A DNA stretch of 64,000 nucleotides, taken from assembly GCA_030428385.1 (NCBI GenBank), contig JAUIDY010000001.1:14279-78278 (forward strand), in the 5' to 3' direction. The stretch's first letter is position 1. Every line of letters starts with the position of its first letter. The notes beneath the pieces were generated by a model, which made no database searches, was not told where the DNA came from, and saw nothing but the letters and a program-made list of their open reading frames with translations. This stretch comes from Rhodothermia bacterium. Lineage in GTDB: Bacteria > Bacteroidota > Rhodothermia > Rhodothermales > JAAAOL01. The position numbers and the translations under genes were made by a program. Positions 1 through 11,837 of this stretch are shown in pieces.

Positions 1-932
<932 letters not shown>

Positions 933-970
933 GGCCTGCTTTCACAGGGATCGGGGATCGTTTTTTTAAA

Positions 971-998
971 GGCACATCCGTTCGGGTGTGCCTTTTTT
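971..998 (+). terminator. Rho-independent terminator after the sugar-binding protein gene
   Basis: A 9-bp stem ggcacatcc/gggtgtgcc (one G-U) with a gttc loop is followed by T6, 39 nt after the stop codon. Confidence 0.6.
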
Positions 999-1076
999 GC
1001 GGGGCATGGATTGGGCATTTGGGGAGGGCGTGCGGCCTGCGTACCTTGTTGTTTTCGCCAACGCGCTATTGACCCG

Positions 1077-2135
1077 ATGTCTGTGCCACTTACCACCCTT
1101 ATTGGCTTGCTGGGAGCGCTTCAGGGGTTGGTGCTGGCGGGGGCGGTGGTCTCGCTAAAAGGGGCCATGCCGCGTCCCAACCGCGCCTTGGCCCTGCTCC
1201 TTTTTGTGTTTTCTATCAGCGTGGGGACCATTGTTGCCGAGCATGCCAACCTATGGGGCGCAGCGCGCTGGCTTGTGGTGATTGAGTATACCTTTTCGTT
1301 CCTGTTCCCGCCCGCGCTGTGGTATTATGCCAACGTTGTCCTGGGCATACACGCACGGTCCTCCCTCGCCCTGCATTTGCTTCCTTTCATCGGGTGGATC
1401 GGCTATCTGTTGGCGATAGGCCTCGGCGGCGTTACGGAAGGGCCGTTCGGTGGGCGATGGATGCCGCCGATTCTGCTGGTGGTGGTCTATCTGGCAGCCT
1501 ATACCGTGGCTGTGGGCGTGCGGGTGGGACGGATCAAGAGCCGTCCCAAGACCCTGGTTTCGCATGGCGTGGTCTTGCGCACCTTGATCGTCCTGCTGCT
1601 GCTGCTCCATGCCGCACAGGGCCTGCGGTACCTGTTCCGCGATGTCGCCGCACTAGCAGATATTGTGCCCCTGACGGGGACGCTCATCGTCTACACGCTC
1701 TCCGTGTTGGCCTTTCGCCAGTCGCGGCTGTTTGCAGGCGTCGAGCCAACATCTAGGCAAGAGAAGTATGAGTCTTCGACCCTCACGCCGGAACAGGCCG
1801 CAGCGATTCAGCAGCGCCTGCTGGACGTGATGACGCAGGAGAAACCGTTCATGAATGAAAACCTGAACCTGGCCGACTTGGCGGCGCGGCTGGCGGTGCC
1901 CCGGGCGCATCTGTCGCAAGTCATCAATGCCAACCTGGAAAGCAGCTTTCCCCAACTCCTGAACGAGTACCGCGTGAACGAAGCGCTGCAACTCCTCGCC
2001 GACGCCGATCTGGCGCACCTCACCATCGAAGCCATCGGATATGAAGTGGGCTTCCGGTCGCGGTCGGCCTTTCACAGCGCGTTTAAGCGGATCACCGGCG
2101 AAACCCCGTCCCAGGCGCGTCTTCGGTTGTCGTAG
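1077..2135 (+). CDS. Membrane-anchored AraC/XylS-family transcriptional regulator
   Basis: The C-terminal ~100 aa carry the AraC double HTH (LADLAARLAVPRAHLSQVIN ... GYEVGFRSRSAFHSAFKRITGETPSQ). The N-terminal ~230 aa are hydrophobic with multiple TM-like segments. ATG 1077 was preferred over the TTG at 1011. Confidence 0.8.
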   Translation: MSVPLTTLIGLLGALQGLVLAGAVVSLKGAMPRPNRALALLLFVFSISVGTIVAEHANLWGAARWLVVIEYTFSFLFPPALWYYANVVLGIHARSSLALHLLPFIGWIGYLLAIGLGGVTEGPFGGRWMPPILLVVVYLAAYTVAVGVRVGRIKSRPKTLVSHGVVLRTLIVLLLLLHAAQGLRYLFRDVAALADIVPLTGTLIVYTLSVLAFRQSRLFAGVEPTSRQEKYESSTLTPEQAAAIQQRLLDVMTQEKPFMNENLNLADLAARLAVPRAHLSQVINANLESSFPQLLNEYRVNEALQLLADADLAHLTIEAIGYEVGFRSRSAFHSAFKRITGETPSQARLRLS

Positions 2136-2217
2136 AACAGGTTTCAGGACATATGGCCGGTCGCGGTCTTGTACCATCCGCTGTTCTTCTCCTTTGTACC
2201 AACCAGAGCAGCGTTTT

Positions 2218-3468
2218 ATGAGACCGTTTCGCCGGATTGTTATCGTTGTCCTTTTTTGCCTGCTAACAGCCGCTCGCATCGACTGTGGTGCCCCGAACGC
2301 CCCGCTTCACTCGGACCAACCCGTGGCGATCACGCAGGTGTCGGTGATTCCTATGGACCAGGAGCGGGTGCTGGAAAACCAGACGGTGCTCATCGCGGAG
2401 GGACGCATCATCGCCATCGCCCCGGCAGATTCCATCGAAGTGCCTGCCGACGCCTTGCAGATAGACGGAAGCAGTCGGTATGTGCTGCCGAGCTTTGCCG
2501 ACATGCACGCCCACGCCAGCCGCCGCGAGGGGCACCGCCTCGAAGACTACCTGCGTCAGGGCGTGACCATCGTGCGCAACATGCAGGGCGAGCCGTCGCA
2601 CCTGGCGTTTCGGGCACAGGTACAAGACAGCGGGCCGATCTTCGTGACCGCCGGACAAGCACTCGCCGGATACCGCATCAGCGATGACCATCGTATTGTG
2701 ACGGATACCGCATCAGCCCGGGCGGTTGTGCGCGAGCAGGCCGAGGCCGGATACGACTACATCAAGGTCTACAGCTTTCTTTCGCGAGAGGTGTACGACG
2801 CCATTCTGGATGAGGCGCAGACGCTGGGCATTCCCGTGGTCGGGCATGTCTCCGATCACGTGCGGGCCTCCCATGCCATCGCGTCCGGGCTGTCATCCAT
2901 CGAACACTTCTACGGCTATTTCTGGGAGTTGGAGGCCGAGACCTCTGGGTTGAACGGCGAATGGGCACCGCGTCGGCTTTTTCATGCTGTGGAGATCGAC
3001 GAAGCCAAACTCGCCCCGCTGGCTGAGATGACCGCCGCGGCGGGTGTCTGGAACTGCCCCACCCTGTGGCGCAAAGACCATCACCTGACCTCATCGCTGG
3101 CCGAGGACGCGTGGAACACCCCGGCGCTGCGAACGCTGGGCCACGCCAACCGCATGAAGCTGGTGAAAGCCCTACACGACGCAGGCGCAGGGCTTTTGGC
3201 TGGCACCGACGACCGCGCCGAGGTTATCCATGAGGAGCTGGCCTTGTTCGTGGAAGCAGGCCTGACACCCTTCGAGGCACTGCAAACGACGACGGTTAAT
3301 GCAGCGGCCTATTTGGGCTTGTCGGAAGAGGTGGGAACGGTCGCGGTAGGCAAGCGGGCGCACCTGGTCTTGTTGGATGCCAATCCCCTTACCGACATCC
3401 GCCATACCCGGAACCTCGTGGGCGTCGTGGTCGATGGCGCATCGATGCTTAGCGGACACGCGCCCTGA
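2218..3468 (+). CDS. Secreted amidohydrolase-superfamily metallohydrolase
   Basis: ATG 2218 gives a signal-like MRPFRRIVIVVLFCLLTAARIDC. An FADMHAHA HxH metal motif and later VGHVSDH and LAGTDD blocks are present. The upstream part of ORF 2041.. overlaps the AraC gene and is Arg/Gly-rich, so it was discarded. Confidence 0.75.
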   Translation: MRPFRRIVIVVLFCLLTAARIDCGAPNAPLHSDQPVAITQVSVIPMDQERVLENQTVLIAEGRIIAIAPADSIEVPADALQIDGSSRYVLPSFADMHAHASRREGHRLEDYLRQGVTIVRNMQGEPSHLAFRAQVQDSGPIFVTAGQALAGYRISDDHRIVTDTASARAVVREQAEAGYDYIKVYSFLSREVYDAILDEAQTLGIPVVGHVSDHVRASHAIASGLSSIEHFYGYFWELEAETSGLNGEWAPRRLFHAVEIDEAKLAPLAEMTAAAGVWNCPTLWRKDHHLTSSLAEDAWNTPALRTLGHANRMKLVKALHDAGAGLLAGTDDRAEVIHEELALFVEAGLTPFEALQTTTVNAAAYLGLSEEVGTVAVGKRAHLVLLDANPLTDIRHTRNLVGVVVDGASMLSGHAP

Positions 3469-3480
3469 TATTACCAGCCG

Positions 3481-3942
3481 TTATATCCACCGCCGCACCC
3501 GGGATTTGTAGTCGTCGTAGGAGGCCCCAAACTTGGCCTGCAAGGCCCGCTCCTCGGGCATGATCTGGAAACGCGTCAGGTAGGCGACAAACGCGAACAC
3601 CAACATAAAGGCGACCAGATTCCCGAGATAAACGGCCCAGCCTGTCAAGGCAAACGCCAAGCCCAGATACATTGGGTTGCGCGTGTAGCGATAGATGCCA
3701 TCATCAACGATTGCGGTGGTTTTACCGGGGTTGGTGGGATCCACCGTGGTTTCTTTTTGGCGGAACGCCACTACCCCGGCGACGGCGATGATTGCGCCCA
3801 GGCCAACGAGGAAAACGGCAATTAAGGCTGAGGCGGGCAGTTGAAACGACGCCTGCGCGACCCACCGCGCAGCCAGCCACATAAGCCCCGCAAAAAGCAG
3901 GGTGACTGCTACCGGGGGGATTTTGAGTTCAACGACGCGCAC
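3481..3942 (-). CDS. Isoprenylcysteine carboxyl / phospholipid methyltransferase-family membrane protein
   Basis: Contains the GIYRYTRNPMYLGLAFALTGWAV motif and four hydrophobic segments. Confidence 0.7.
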   Translation of the reverse strand: MRVVELKIPPVAVTLLFAGLMWLAARWVAQASFQLPASALIAVFLVGLGAIIAVAGVVAFRQKETTVDPTNPGKTTAIVDDGIYRYTRNPMYLGLAFALTGWAVYLGNLVAFMLVFAFVAYLTRFQIMPEERALQAKFGASYDDYKSRVRRWI

Positions 3943-4017
3943 GGGCGCATCCAGCGGTTGGTATGGGGGAAGGGCGCAATCTCCTCGCCATCAAGACCTC
4001 GATGCCATCTTGGTTCA

Positions 4018-5685
4018 TCACCCCATCAGCCGTCGTCCTTCGCCATCGGGATCGTTCTGCACCATGCTTTCGTCGTCCAGAATCATCGTCTCGCCCCGTT
4101 CGGGTGTGTACGCGGGCCAGTCGGGCAAGCCGTCGGCATTCGGGTTGCCGGTGCGCATGAAGTTAAGCAGCGCGTTTGACATCTTGTCGGCGAGCATCCG
4201 GGGCCGCTTGCCGCCGCCGGTGTGCGTGAGCATCAGGTCGGTGTTGGAAAACCAGAAGCAGATATCGAGGCAGTGGAACGCCCGCATGCGCCCGTTGAAC
4301 ATCGGCGGCTCCCAGCCGAACCACGCCACGTAGACCGGTGCAGACTGCTGGGCCTTTGCGTCGGCGGTGGCGATGAGCCCCTGGCGGTTGCTGGAAATAA
4401 GGATGGCAATCTCGGCAGGCGTGGCGTCGGGGAAAGCACGGGCGTAGCCTTCGTAGACGGCGGGGGCCTGATCGCCCAGCCCACCCCGGAAACCGGCGCG
4501 TTCGCGCAACATGGCGATGGCGTCTTCCTTCGTCATGGCTTCCAGCGCGGGGTTCGTGCGCGTGAACGCCCACTCGTGGAAGGTGCTGCTGATCAGCATC
4601 GGAATATCCGACGAGAGGCCATCGGCGTCGGAGAAGTATGTGCCGGCAGGAATGTTGATACCGTCGGCGACGGGACCAAAGCCGCCGCGGAAGCCGGGCG
4701 CGCCGTGCTCCTCCGCATATTTCGCCGCCGCGCGTTGGGCGAGGAGCAAGTATTCCTTCCACGGGATCTCCTGGAGCGCATCAACGGACTCCAACCCCGA
4801 CTCGCGCAGCACATATTCGCCGAGGGCGCGTGCCATGGTTTGGTCGTTCGCCTGCAGCGTGGAGCCGCTCAGCGGCACGGCTTTGTGGAAAAGCCCCTGC
4901 GCGGCAGGCATGCCCATCAGCGTGCAGACCTTCGCGCCGCCGCCCGACTGCCCCATGATGGTGATGTTGCCGGGGTCGCCGCCGAACGCGGCGATATTGT
5001 CGCGCACCCATTCGAGCGCCGCCACCATGTCGAGCGCGCCGACGTTGCCCGAGTGCGCGTATTTCTCGCCGCCCGCACCCGACAGATCGGAAAAACCGAT
5101 CGGGCCGAGGCGGTGGTTGATCGACACAAAGACGATATCGCCGTTGCGGCTCAGATTTTCTCCATCGTAGCCGTCCTGCTCCATGCCATTGCCGTTGGTA
5201 TAGCCACCACCGTGCAGCCACACCAGCACAGGCCGCTGCTGATCGTCCAGCGCAGGCGTCCACACGTTGAGGCGCAGGCAGTCCTCGCTTAGCGCGTCGT
5301 AGTTCCAGTGGTCGGCAAACGCCTGCATCGCGTTGCCATACCGTCCGTCCATAATCTGCGGGGCCGTATCCCCCCACCAGACCGCCGGAAAGATGTCCTC
5401 CCACGCCTCGGGTTTCTGCGGCGGCATGAACCGGTTGGCTCCACCCGTGGGCGCACCGTACGGAATGCCCCGAAAGTTGTAAATATCCCGCAGGATGAAG
5501 CCTTGCACCTGGCCATATTGCGTGTCCGCGATGGCGATGTCGTCCCCGATGTGGAGTTGCTGGTCGTCCGGGTCGACTAAGGTCGGACGGTTGTGCTGGT
5601 TGCGGGAGAGCGAAACCGGAGCGAGGCCGAAGCCTGCCGTTCCGGCCCCGAGCGTTTGGAGGAAATGCCGTCGGTTGGTGTTCAT
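4018..5685 (-). CDS. Type-B carboxylesterase/lipase with Tat signal
   Basis: ATG 5685 gives MNTNRRHFLQTLGAGTAGFGLAP (twin-arginine signal). VWLHGGGYTNG oxyanion block and IMGQSGGGAKV nucleophile elbow are present. Confidence 0.85.
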   Translation of the reverse strand: MNTNRRHFLQTLGAGTAGFGLAPVSLSRNQHNRPTLVDPDDQQLHIGDDIAIADTQYGQVQGFILRDIYNFRGIPYGAPTGGANRFMPPQKPEAWEDIFPAVWWGDTAPQIMDGRYGNAMQAFADHWNYDALSEDCLRLNVWTPALDDQQRPVLVWLHGGGYTNGNGMEQDGYDGENLSRNGDIVFVSINHRLGPIGFSDLSGAGGEKYAHSGNVGALDMVAALEWVRDNIAAFGGDPGNITIMGQSGGGAKVCTLMGMPAAQGLFHKAVPLSGSTLQANDQTMARALGEYVLRESGLESVDALQEIPWKEYLLLAQRAAAKYAEEHGAPGFRGGFGPVADGINIPAGTYFSDADGLSSDIPMLISSTFHEWAFTRTNPALEAMTKEDAIAMLRERAGFRGGLGDQAPAVYEGYARAFPDATPAEIAILISSNRQGLIATADAKAQQSAPVYVAWFGWEPPMFNGRMRAFHCLDICFWFSNTDLMLTHTGGGKRPRMLADKMSNALLNFMRTGNPNADGLPDWPAYTPERGETMILDDESMVQNDPDGEGRRLMG

Positions 5686-5886
5686 GACGTTCCAAGCGTT
5701 GGTGAGTGGGGTGCATCGGGGGAACGAAAGACCGAGGTACGAAACAAGGAAGGCGTGGACCAGGGGAAAGGCGTACGCTGTCCAGGCTGACTTCCTCATC
5801 GTTCGGAGCGCTCCGTCAGGCATTCGCTCCATGTTGTTAAACTCCACGAATCGGCTTGCAAAGTCAATACCGCCGTCGGAGGCCAT

Positions 5887-8800
5887 CTATCGGAGAAGCA
5901 GCAGGCTCCGCGTGGCGCGGTGCGCATCGGCGGTCAGCCGGTAAAAGTAGAGCCCGCTCGGCAGAGCACGGGCATCGAACGATACCTGATGTGAGCCAGC
6001 GGTCTGGTCGCCGTCTATGAGCATCGCCACGGTTCGGCCTAGCACATCGTACACCACAAGGCGTACGCGGGCGGGTGTGGGCAGGTCGTACGGGATGGTG
6101 GTGGTTTGGTTGAACGGGTTGGGGTAGTTGGGCAACAGGCGAAAATCACCAGGAGGCTTCTCCGTTTCCTCCGTGGCGACCGGGATGTCATTAAACACGC
6201 GGGCCACGGCTACGCGCCCGGTCGTCGGTTCCTCCGCCCGAACCTCGAACCGCCCGGCTGTTTCACCCGCCACAAACAGCCCGTTTGCATCAATGGTGCC
6301 GCCACTCGTGCTCCAGGAGGGAGTAACAGGTACGCTCTGGTTGAACGCATCGAAGCCCAGCGCCGTGAACTGCACGGTGTCGCCAGGTGCCACTTCCACC
6401 GTCTCGGGCAACACGAGCAGTTGAACCAATGCCGTCGAAAGCGCCGAAAGCATAAACGTCGTGGTGTCGGCATGGGCCGGGTTGGCTTGCGAGGTGGCGA
6501 TGGCCGTTCCCATGCTGGTGGCACCCACTGGACTCCCTCCGGGGACCTGTACCGGCAGATCGACCCGTGCCCCCAGGCTATCCGTGAGCGCTACGTCAAA
6601 CGTTGCAGGCCCTTCCAACCAACCTGCGTCATCGCGCACGTCCAGGGTGAGCACATCGTTGCGCACCTGCCAGTTTTGCACAAAAAAGGAAACGGTGTCA
6701 ACCTCAGCGATGGTGAGGATCTCGGCGGCGGGGGCGATGCCTACCGCCACGGGCTCCGTACGCCACGGCGCAAAGTCGACGTTGGGACTAACGGCATCGC
6801 CGGTACCCGGGCCCTGCCCACCGGGTCCGCTGGCATCGCCCCCCCAGTTGCCCTGCGCGACAACAAGCGGGACCGACGCATCAAGGCTATGCAGCCCGAA
6901 ACCAGCATTGCCAAACACGTTGTTGCCCGTGATCGTAGCCATGCTGCCCTGCTCTAGCGCAATAGCATCCCCCGCATCGCCGCTCAGTTCATTGCCTTCG
7001 ATCAAGGCATGGGCCGCCGTCAGATGAATGCCTGTGCCGGTACCGCCATTGTTGCGTATGGTGTTGAGCCGGATAAGCAGCAGGCGGTCAATCTCGGTGG
7101 CGTCGAGGCCGCGTTCCCGGGTTCGTTCGATCAGGTTGCTCTGAATCACCACCTCGTCGGCCACGTTGGCGACGGCCAGGCCCGTGGCGTTGTGGTGGAG
7201 GTGGTTCTGCTGGACGAACATAGCGCCGACCCCTTCCAAGTGAAGTCCTGTCGCTCCGTTGTAAGCCACCGTATTCGAGAAAACCTCAGACGGTACGCCC
7301 ACATAGGGGTTATGTATCTCCACGCCGAAGCGGGCATTGCCCAAGTCTCCCAGCGGATCATTTCCCGAAGCATCGGTGCCGATCTTGTTGAACTCGAATT
7401 GAACCGGAGTCGCCTCCAGATAGACGCCGCTTTCTCCATTGGCCGAGATCACGTTGGAGCCAATGACCGTAAAGGCGGCATCTTGCACATGAAGGCCATA
7501 GCGGGTATTGCCGAACGGTCGCCGACCGGTTTCGTCCGTCCCGATTCGGTTGTTCAAGACCGAGGTATTGCGCGACCCAAGGCCGGAAATAAAAATACCA
7601 GACACGGCATTTTCGGTAATCACATTGTCGAGGATGCGCGTGTTCGCGGCGGCCTCGACCTCGATGCCATGCTCGCCATTGCCATCCAGCGTGCTTCCGT
7701 CGAACGGTAAGCCGATATGGTTGTCACGGATCGTGGTGTTCGAAATCGTCCCCTGCCAGCTTTCATCCAGATAAATACCGGAGGCCCCGTTCTCAGCGAT
7801 TCGGTTATTCGCAAGAATCGTATCGCTTCCAAATTCAATATGAATCCCGTTGCCGCTGTTTTTGGCAATGAGGTTGTTTTGGATGACATTGCCCTGCGGT
7901 GCCGGAAGCTTAAAATCCCGAAATCTTTTTATCTCGATCCCGGCCACCACATTTCCCGCTTGCTCCGTTGGAGTGTCGGGGTTGATCCCGATGATATTCC
8001 CGTCTACGGTGTTATGGGTGGCGTTCTCAGCAAAAATAACCCCGGTGCCATTCGAGAAGATGTTGTTGTTTTGAATGAGGTTGTTGGTTGCTTGGCGAAG
8101 CACAACGCCCGCAATGCTTAAGTAGAAGACGTTATCTGTGATGGTGTTTTCAAAGGGGCGTTCGGCCTCGCCCTGGTCGGGCGTGAACGCCCCGAAGAAA
8201 ACACCGTAGTTGCTGTTTGCCAGCACGTTCTCCCGGATAATGTTCTGAGTGGCCGCGCCACGAATAAAAACCCCAAAACCAACACGCCCGGCCACTTCCC
8301 CTTCCTCGTTGATGCCAAAGAAGTTGTGCTCCACCACGTTGGCGGTGGCCGTGGCGCTGGTGAGCAAAATGCCGGTGCTGGGTGCGATAAAAAATGATTC
8401 CCGAATGGTATTACCGGGCGAGAGCGCGATGACGCCTTCATCAAGGTCATAAAAGACGCACTGCTCGACGGTATGTCCGCCCTCGCCTTGAAGGGTGATG
8501 CCGCTGAAATCTTCTCCACTATCGTCGTCAAAGCGCAGGCCACGCACCGTGCTGCCACGGCTCCGAAGCCGCAGCCCATCATCGACAAAGCTACGGTCGC
8601 GCTTGGTGAGCGTCACCTGCCCGGCGATCTGGGTGGTACCGTCGATCACCACCGGGCGGAGCAGCGCGGGCAGGTTAATACCCTGGAACTCGCCGAGCGA
8701 TATGTCTGGGGTGGATGTCCCCGGGATGGCAAAGACAATCTCGATGATGCCGTCGGTGGTCTGGTTCGCCGTCTCGATGGCAGCCCGCAGTGTACACTCT

Positions 8801-10311
8801 GGCTCTTCGAGGGCGACCCGCACGATGACCTCGCCGGTATCGCACACACCGGGCACGGCATCGTCTTTTAAGCTCCGGTCGCCGGTGGAGTTAACAACGA
8901 GTTGCGGATTGATGCCGATCTTGCGGCTGTAGAGCACAAGGCCCGGCAGCAACGGGTTGCGCGCCTCGGCCCGGTAGATGGCACTGTCGTTGGGGTTGGG
9001 CACCACATACGTGCTGTCTTCGGCACCTACAATCTCCTCATCGTTGCGGAACCATCGATACGTCGTTTCTTCTCCTCCCACCGAAACAAAGAGTTCCACC
9101 TGTCCATCGTCGCGGGAGATGCGGGTATCCACGCTGTCTTGGGGAGCATAGAAAAAAGTCGTGACGTTGGGATTGTCGCGAAGCCCTGCCAGTGGCTCCA
9201 GGCTATGAAACGTGAGCCGGTTGTTGAAGAGGCGCAGTTGGCGCAGGGCAGGCAGGTCGCTCAGGTCCGGCACCGATTCGAGCGCATTGCCGTGCAGGTT
9301 GAGGGTTTGCAGCGTCGCAAGCTGGGTAAATGAAGCCGGTACGTCCCCGGTCAATTGATTAAAGGCGAGCGAGATGGTGACGATGTTCGACAGGTTGCCC
9401 CATGACTCCGGGATAGGACCTTCCAGTCGGTTCGAACTCAGTTGCATGGTGCGCAACTCGGTCAGGTTACCGAGTGAGGCCGGGAGCGGCCCTTCTACGC
9501 CTGCAAGAAACAGATCGAGGGTTTGAAGGGCTGCCAGGTTGCCCAGTCCTTCGGGCAGCGGACCGCTGAACTGGTTGCCCAGCTCCGTAGAGGTGCTACC
9601 CAGCCGGAGGGATACCAGGTTGGCCAGGTTGCCGAGCGACGCAGGCAGGGGGCCCGTCAACTGGTTGTTGACCAATTCAAGCTGTTGAAGGCTGGTCAAG
9701 TTGCCAATATCTGCAGGAATGGGGCCGGTGAGTTGGTTGTCGCCTAGTTCAAGAATCTCCAACTGCGTAAGACCCGTGAGCGTGTCAGGAATGGTACCCG
9801 TGAGTTGGTTGTTGCCGAGCCATAACTGCTGCAGGTTCACGAGGCGGCCCAGCGACAGCGGAAGCGGGCCACTCAAGGCGTTACGACTCAGGCTGAGTTG
9901 TTCGAGGCTGATCAGGCTGCCGAGCGTATCGGGAATGGAGCCGGTGAGGTTGCCATTGGCCCCGCTGTTATTGCTGAGGCTAATGCCTCGGGGCTGGGTC
10001 AGATGTCCCAGCCTGTCGGGGATGGTCCCTACAAGGTTGTTACTCGAAAGGAGCAGGCGGTCCACCAGCCGGTCCCGCACAATCACGCCACTCCAAGCGG
10101 ACGTGGGACGGGGTTTCTCCGGGTCATTTCCGGTAAAAACCCAGTCGGAGCGGGTACCTGCTCCGTCCTGGGTGTCCCAGTTGGGGCCGCCGGTTGCTTC
10201 GAAAAGGGCAATCAGCGCCAGCGAGTCGCGCACGATTACGGTCTGTGCCGCCACACCCATCGGCAGGACGAGCCACCCAACGCTGAGGAGGATATAGACG
10301 AGCCTTTTCAT
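5887..10311 (-). CDS. Giant T9SS-secreted surface protein: LRR region + parallel beta-helix repeats + Ig-like (Big_2-type) domain + T9SS C-terminal domain
   Basis: ATG 10311 gives the signal peptide MKRLVYILLSVGWLVLPMGVAAQ. About 12 x 24-aa LxxLxLxxNQLTGxIP repeats are followed by many 22-23-aa N/G/I-rich beta-helix turns. A VAPGDTVQFTALGFDAFNQSV Ig-like block follows, and the protein ends in NYPNPFNQTTTIPYDL...GLYFYRL...LLLLR. Confidence 0.8.
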   Translation of the reverse strand: MKRLVYILLSVGWLVLPMGVAAQTVIVRDSLALIALFEATGGPNWDTQDGAGTRSDWVFTGNDPEKPRPTSAWSGVIVRDRLVDRLLLSSNNLVGTIPDRLGHLTQPRGISLSNNSGANGNLTGSIPDTLGSLISLEQLSLSRNALSGPLPLSLGRLVNLQQLWLGNNQLTGTIPDTLTGLTQLEILELGDNQLTGPIPADIGNLTSLQQLELVNNQLTGPLPASLGNLANLVSLRLGSTSTELGNQFSGPLPEGLGNLAALQTLDLFLAGVEGPLPASLGNLTELRTMQLSSNRLEGPIPESWGNLSNIVTISLAFNQLTGDVPASFTQLATLQTLNLHGNALESVPDLSDLPALRQLRLFNNRLTFHSLEPLAGLRDNPNVTTFFYAPQDSVDTRISRDDGQVELFVSVGGEETTYRWFRNDEEIVGAEDSTYVVPNPNDSAIYRAEARNPLLPGLVLYSRKIGINPQLVVNSTGDRSLKDDAVPGVCDTGEVIVRVALEEPECTLRAAIETANQTTDGIIEIVFAIPGTSTPDISLGEFQGINLPALLRPVVIDGTTQIAGQVTLTKRDRSFVDDGLRLRSRGSTVRGLRFDDDSGEDFSGITLQGEGGHTVEQCVFYDLDEGVIALSPGNTIRESFFIAPSTGILLTSATATANVVEHNFFGINEEGEVAGRVGFGVFIRGAATQNIIRENVLANSNYGVFFGAFTPDQGEAERPFENTITDNVFYLSIAGVVLRQATNNLIQNNNIFSNGTGVIFAENATHNTVDGNIIGINPDTPTEQAGNVVAGIEIKRFRDFKLPAPQGNVIQNNLIAKNSGNGIHIEFGSDTILANNRIAENGASGIYLDESWQGTISNTTIRDNHIGLPFDGSTLDGNGEHGIEVEAAANTRILDNVITENAVSGIFISGLGSRNTSVLNNRIGTDETGRRPFGNTRYGLHVQDAAFTVIGSNVISANGESGVYLEATPVQFEFNKIGTDASGNDPLGDLGNARFGVEIHNPYVGVPSEVFSNTVAYNGATGLHLEGVGAMFVQQNHLHHNATGLAVANVADEVVIQSNLIERTRERGLDATEIDRLLLIRLNTIRNNGGTGTGIHLTAAHALIEGNELSGDAGDAIALEQGSMATITGNNVFGNAGFGLHSLDASVPLVVAQGNWGGDASGPGGQGPGTGDAVSPNVDFAPWRTEPVAVGIAPAAEILTIAEVDTVSFFVQNWQVRNDVLTLDVRDDAGWLEGPATFDVALTDSLGARVDLPVQVPGGSPVGATSMGTAIATSQANPAHADTTTFMLSALSTALVQLLVLPETVEVAPGDTVQFTALGFDAFNQSVPVTPSWSTSGGTIDANGLFVAGETAGRFEVRAEEPTTGRVAVARVFNDIPVATEETEKPPGDFRLLPNYPNPFNQTTTIPYDLPTPARVRLVVYDVLGRTVAMLIDGDQTAGSHQVSFDARALPSGLYFYRLTADAHRATRSLLLLR

Positions 10312-10443
10312 GATGCGCCCCGGCATCGGCCATGCTGCAATACACCGCAGCGATGAGGAAGAGAGCTTCCTCAATCAAGCAAAAACTTAACAACGGCGCA
10401 ACCAACGGCCCTTCTTTTTAGGAAGGCGGGCGGCATTAGCTTC

Positions 10444-11703
10444 TCAATAATACAGCGCGATGCCAAACGTAGGGGCCACCGACGACTGCAAGCCCGTGTC
10501 GAGCAGCGAAAACATGGCACTGCCGAAGAGGTGCAGGTATTCGGTGGCGGCGATCTGAAGGCCCAGCGCGGCATTCATCGTGTGGTCGCGCTCCACCGCA
10601 CGGATGTTGCTCAGCACCAGCGGCGAAAGCAGGTTTTCGTCGATGTCATCCAGCGCGCCGTTGGCTTCCAGTTCCATCTCGCCCAGCACATCAAAGGCAA
10701 AGAAGATATTCGGGCCCACGCGCTGGTTAAACCCGGCGGCGATCTTCAGGCTGTTGCTGTCGTTGCCTTCCCAGAACTGCCCACCGATATTGAGGTACGG
10801 CTTAAAGCCATTGCCCACGGCATACTCGCCAATGAGCATGGCACGCACGCCGAAGTTGCCCGCGCCCAGCGCATTGCCTTCATCACGGCCCATCGGAATA
10901 CGTAAATCCACCAGCGCCGCAAGTCCTTGCGAAATGCGGTATTTGCCGCGTAGCGCCATCGTGCTCAGGTAGGCTTCGATGTCTGGAACGGTGGCGAGGT
11001 CTTCGTTCTCAATGGTGTCGATGCCCGGCAGGTCGAGTTTGACGTTGTTGCCCGCGAAGGTGTAGTCGATGGTGCGGAATTCCCCCCCATAGCGCAGCCC
11101 CGTGTCGTTGCCCAGGATCTCGAAGGTGGTGGGGGCTTGCTCGGTGCGCAGGCGCACGAAGGGCAGCGAGATGCCCAGATCGAAGCGCTCGGAGATGCCG
11201 TAGGTGCCGTAGAGCGTAAACACGGTGGCATCCACATCCAGCGGCATGTTCACACGGATCACGTCGCCGCCGTCGTCCTGCTGGAAGGCAAACTCCAACT
11301 CGCTCAGTTCGCGGCCCCGGATACGGGTCAGGTTAAAAAACGACACGTTCGATCCGACGAACACTTTCCCTTTGCCCACCGTGGCGCTGCTTTCCGTAAA
11401 GATGGGTGCGAACCCCGTGGCCGTGGTCACCAACTGCCCATCCAGAAACTCGGCTTCGAGGTTGGGCGGAGCCAAGGGAATGGCAGCGAGGTTGTCCTCA
11501 ATAAACGCCGTGATGCCGGGCGCCAGGGACAAGTTGGCGAGGTCGACAGCGCCATCGAAATGGCCCGACCCGTCGAACAGGCAGGCCGTGTACATGTTTT
11601 GCAGCGCCAGTTCAAGCTGCGAGGAAGAGGTACGTTGGGCCACCGCTACTTGGCTTGTACAAAGTAACAGAATGGCAAGGGTCAACAGGCGGACACGGAG
11701 CAT
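10444..11703 (-). CDS. Putative outer-membrane beta-barrel protein (family unassigned)
   Basis: Signal peptide MLRVRLLTLAILLLCTSQVAVAQ. Amphipathic strand pattern throughout, with an aromatic terminus ...TFGIALYY. Confidence 0.55.
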   Translation of the reverse strand: MLRVRLLTLAILLLCTSQVAVAQRTSSSQLELALQNMYTACLFDGSGHFDGAVDLANLSLAPGITAFIEDNLAAIPLAPPNLEAEFLDGQLVTTATGFAPIFTESSATVGKGKVFVGSNVSFFNLTRIRGRELSELEFAFQQDDGGDVIRVNMPLDVDATVFTLYGTYGISERFDLGISLPFVRLRTEQAPTTFEILGNDTGLRYGGEFRTIDYTFAGNNVKLDLPGIDTIENEDLATVPDIEAYLSTMALRGKYRISQGLAALVDLRIPMGRDEGNALGAGNFGVRAMLIGEYAVGNGFKPYLNIGGQFWEGNDSNSLKIAAGFNQRVGPNIFFAFDVLGEMELEANGALDDIDENLLSPLVLSNIRAVERDHTMNAALGLQIAATEYLHLFGSAMFSLLDTGLQSSVAPTFGIALYY

Positions 11704-11837
11704 GGTTCATGCAAGAGAATGAAAGGAGCAGCCAACAAGATACGGGTACGAAACGATTTTTCAGAATCCCAATCACACAAAAGCCTTTTGCGATGGGCAG
11801 CGTTGTGCAGCAGGGGTAACGCCGCACCCGCCATCGC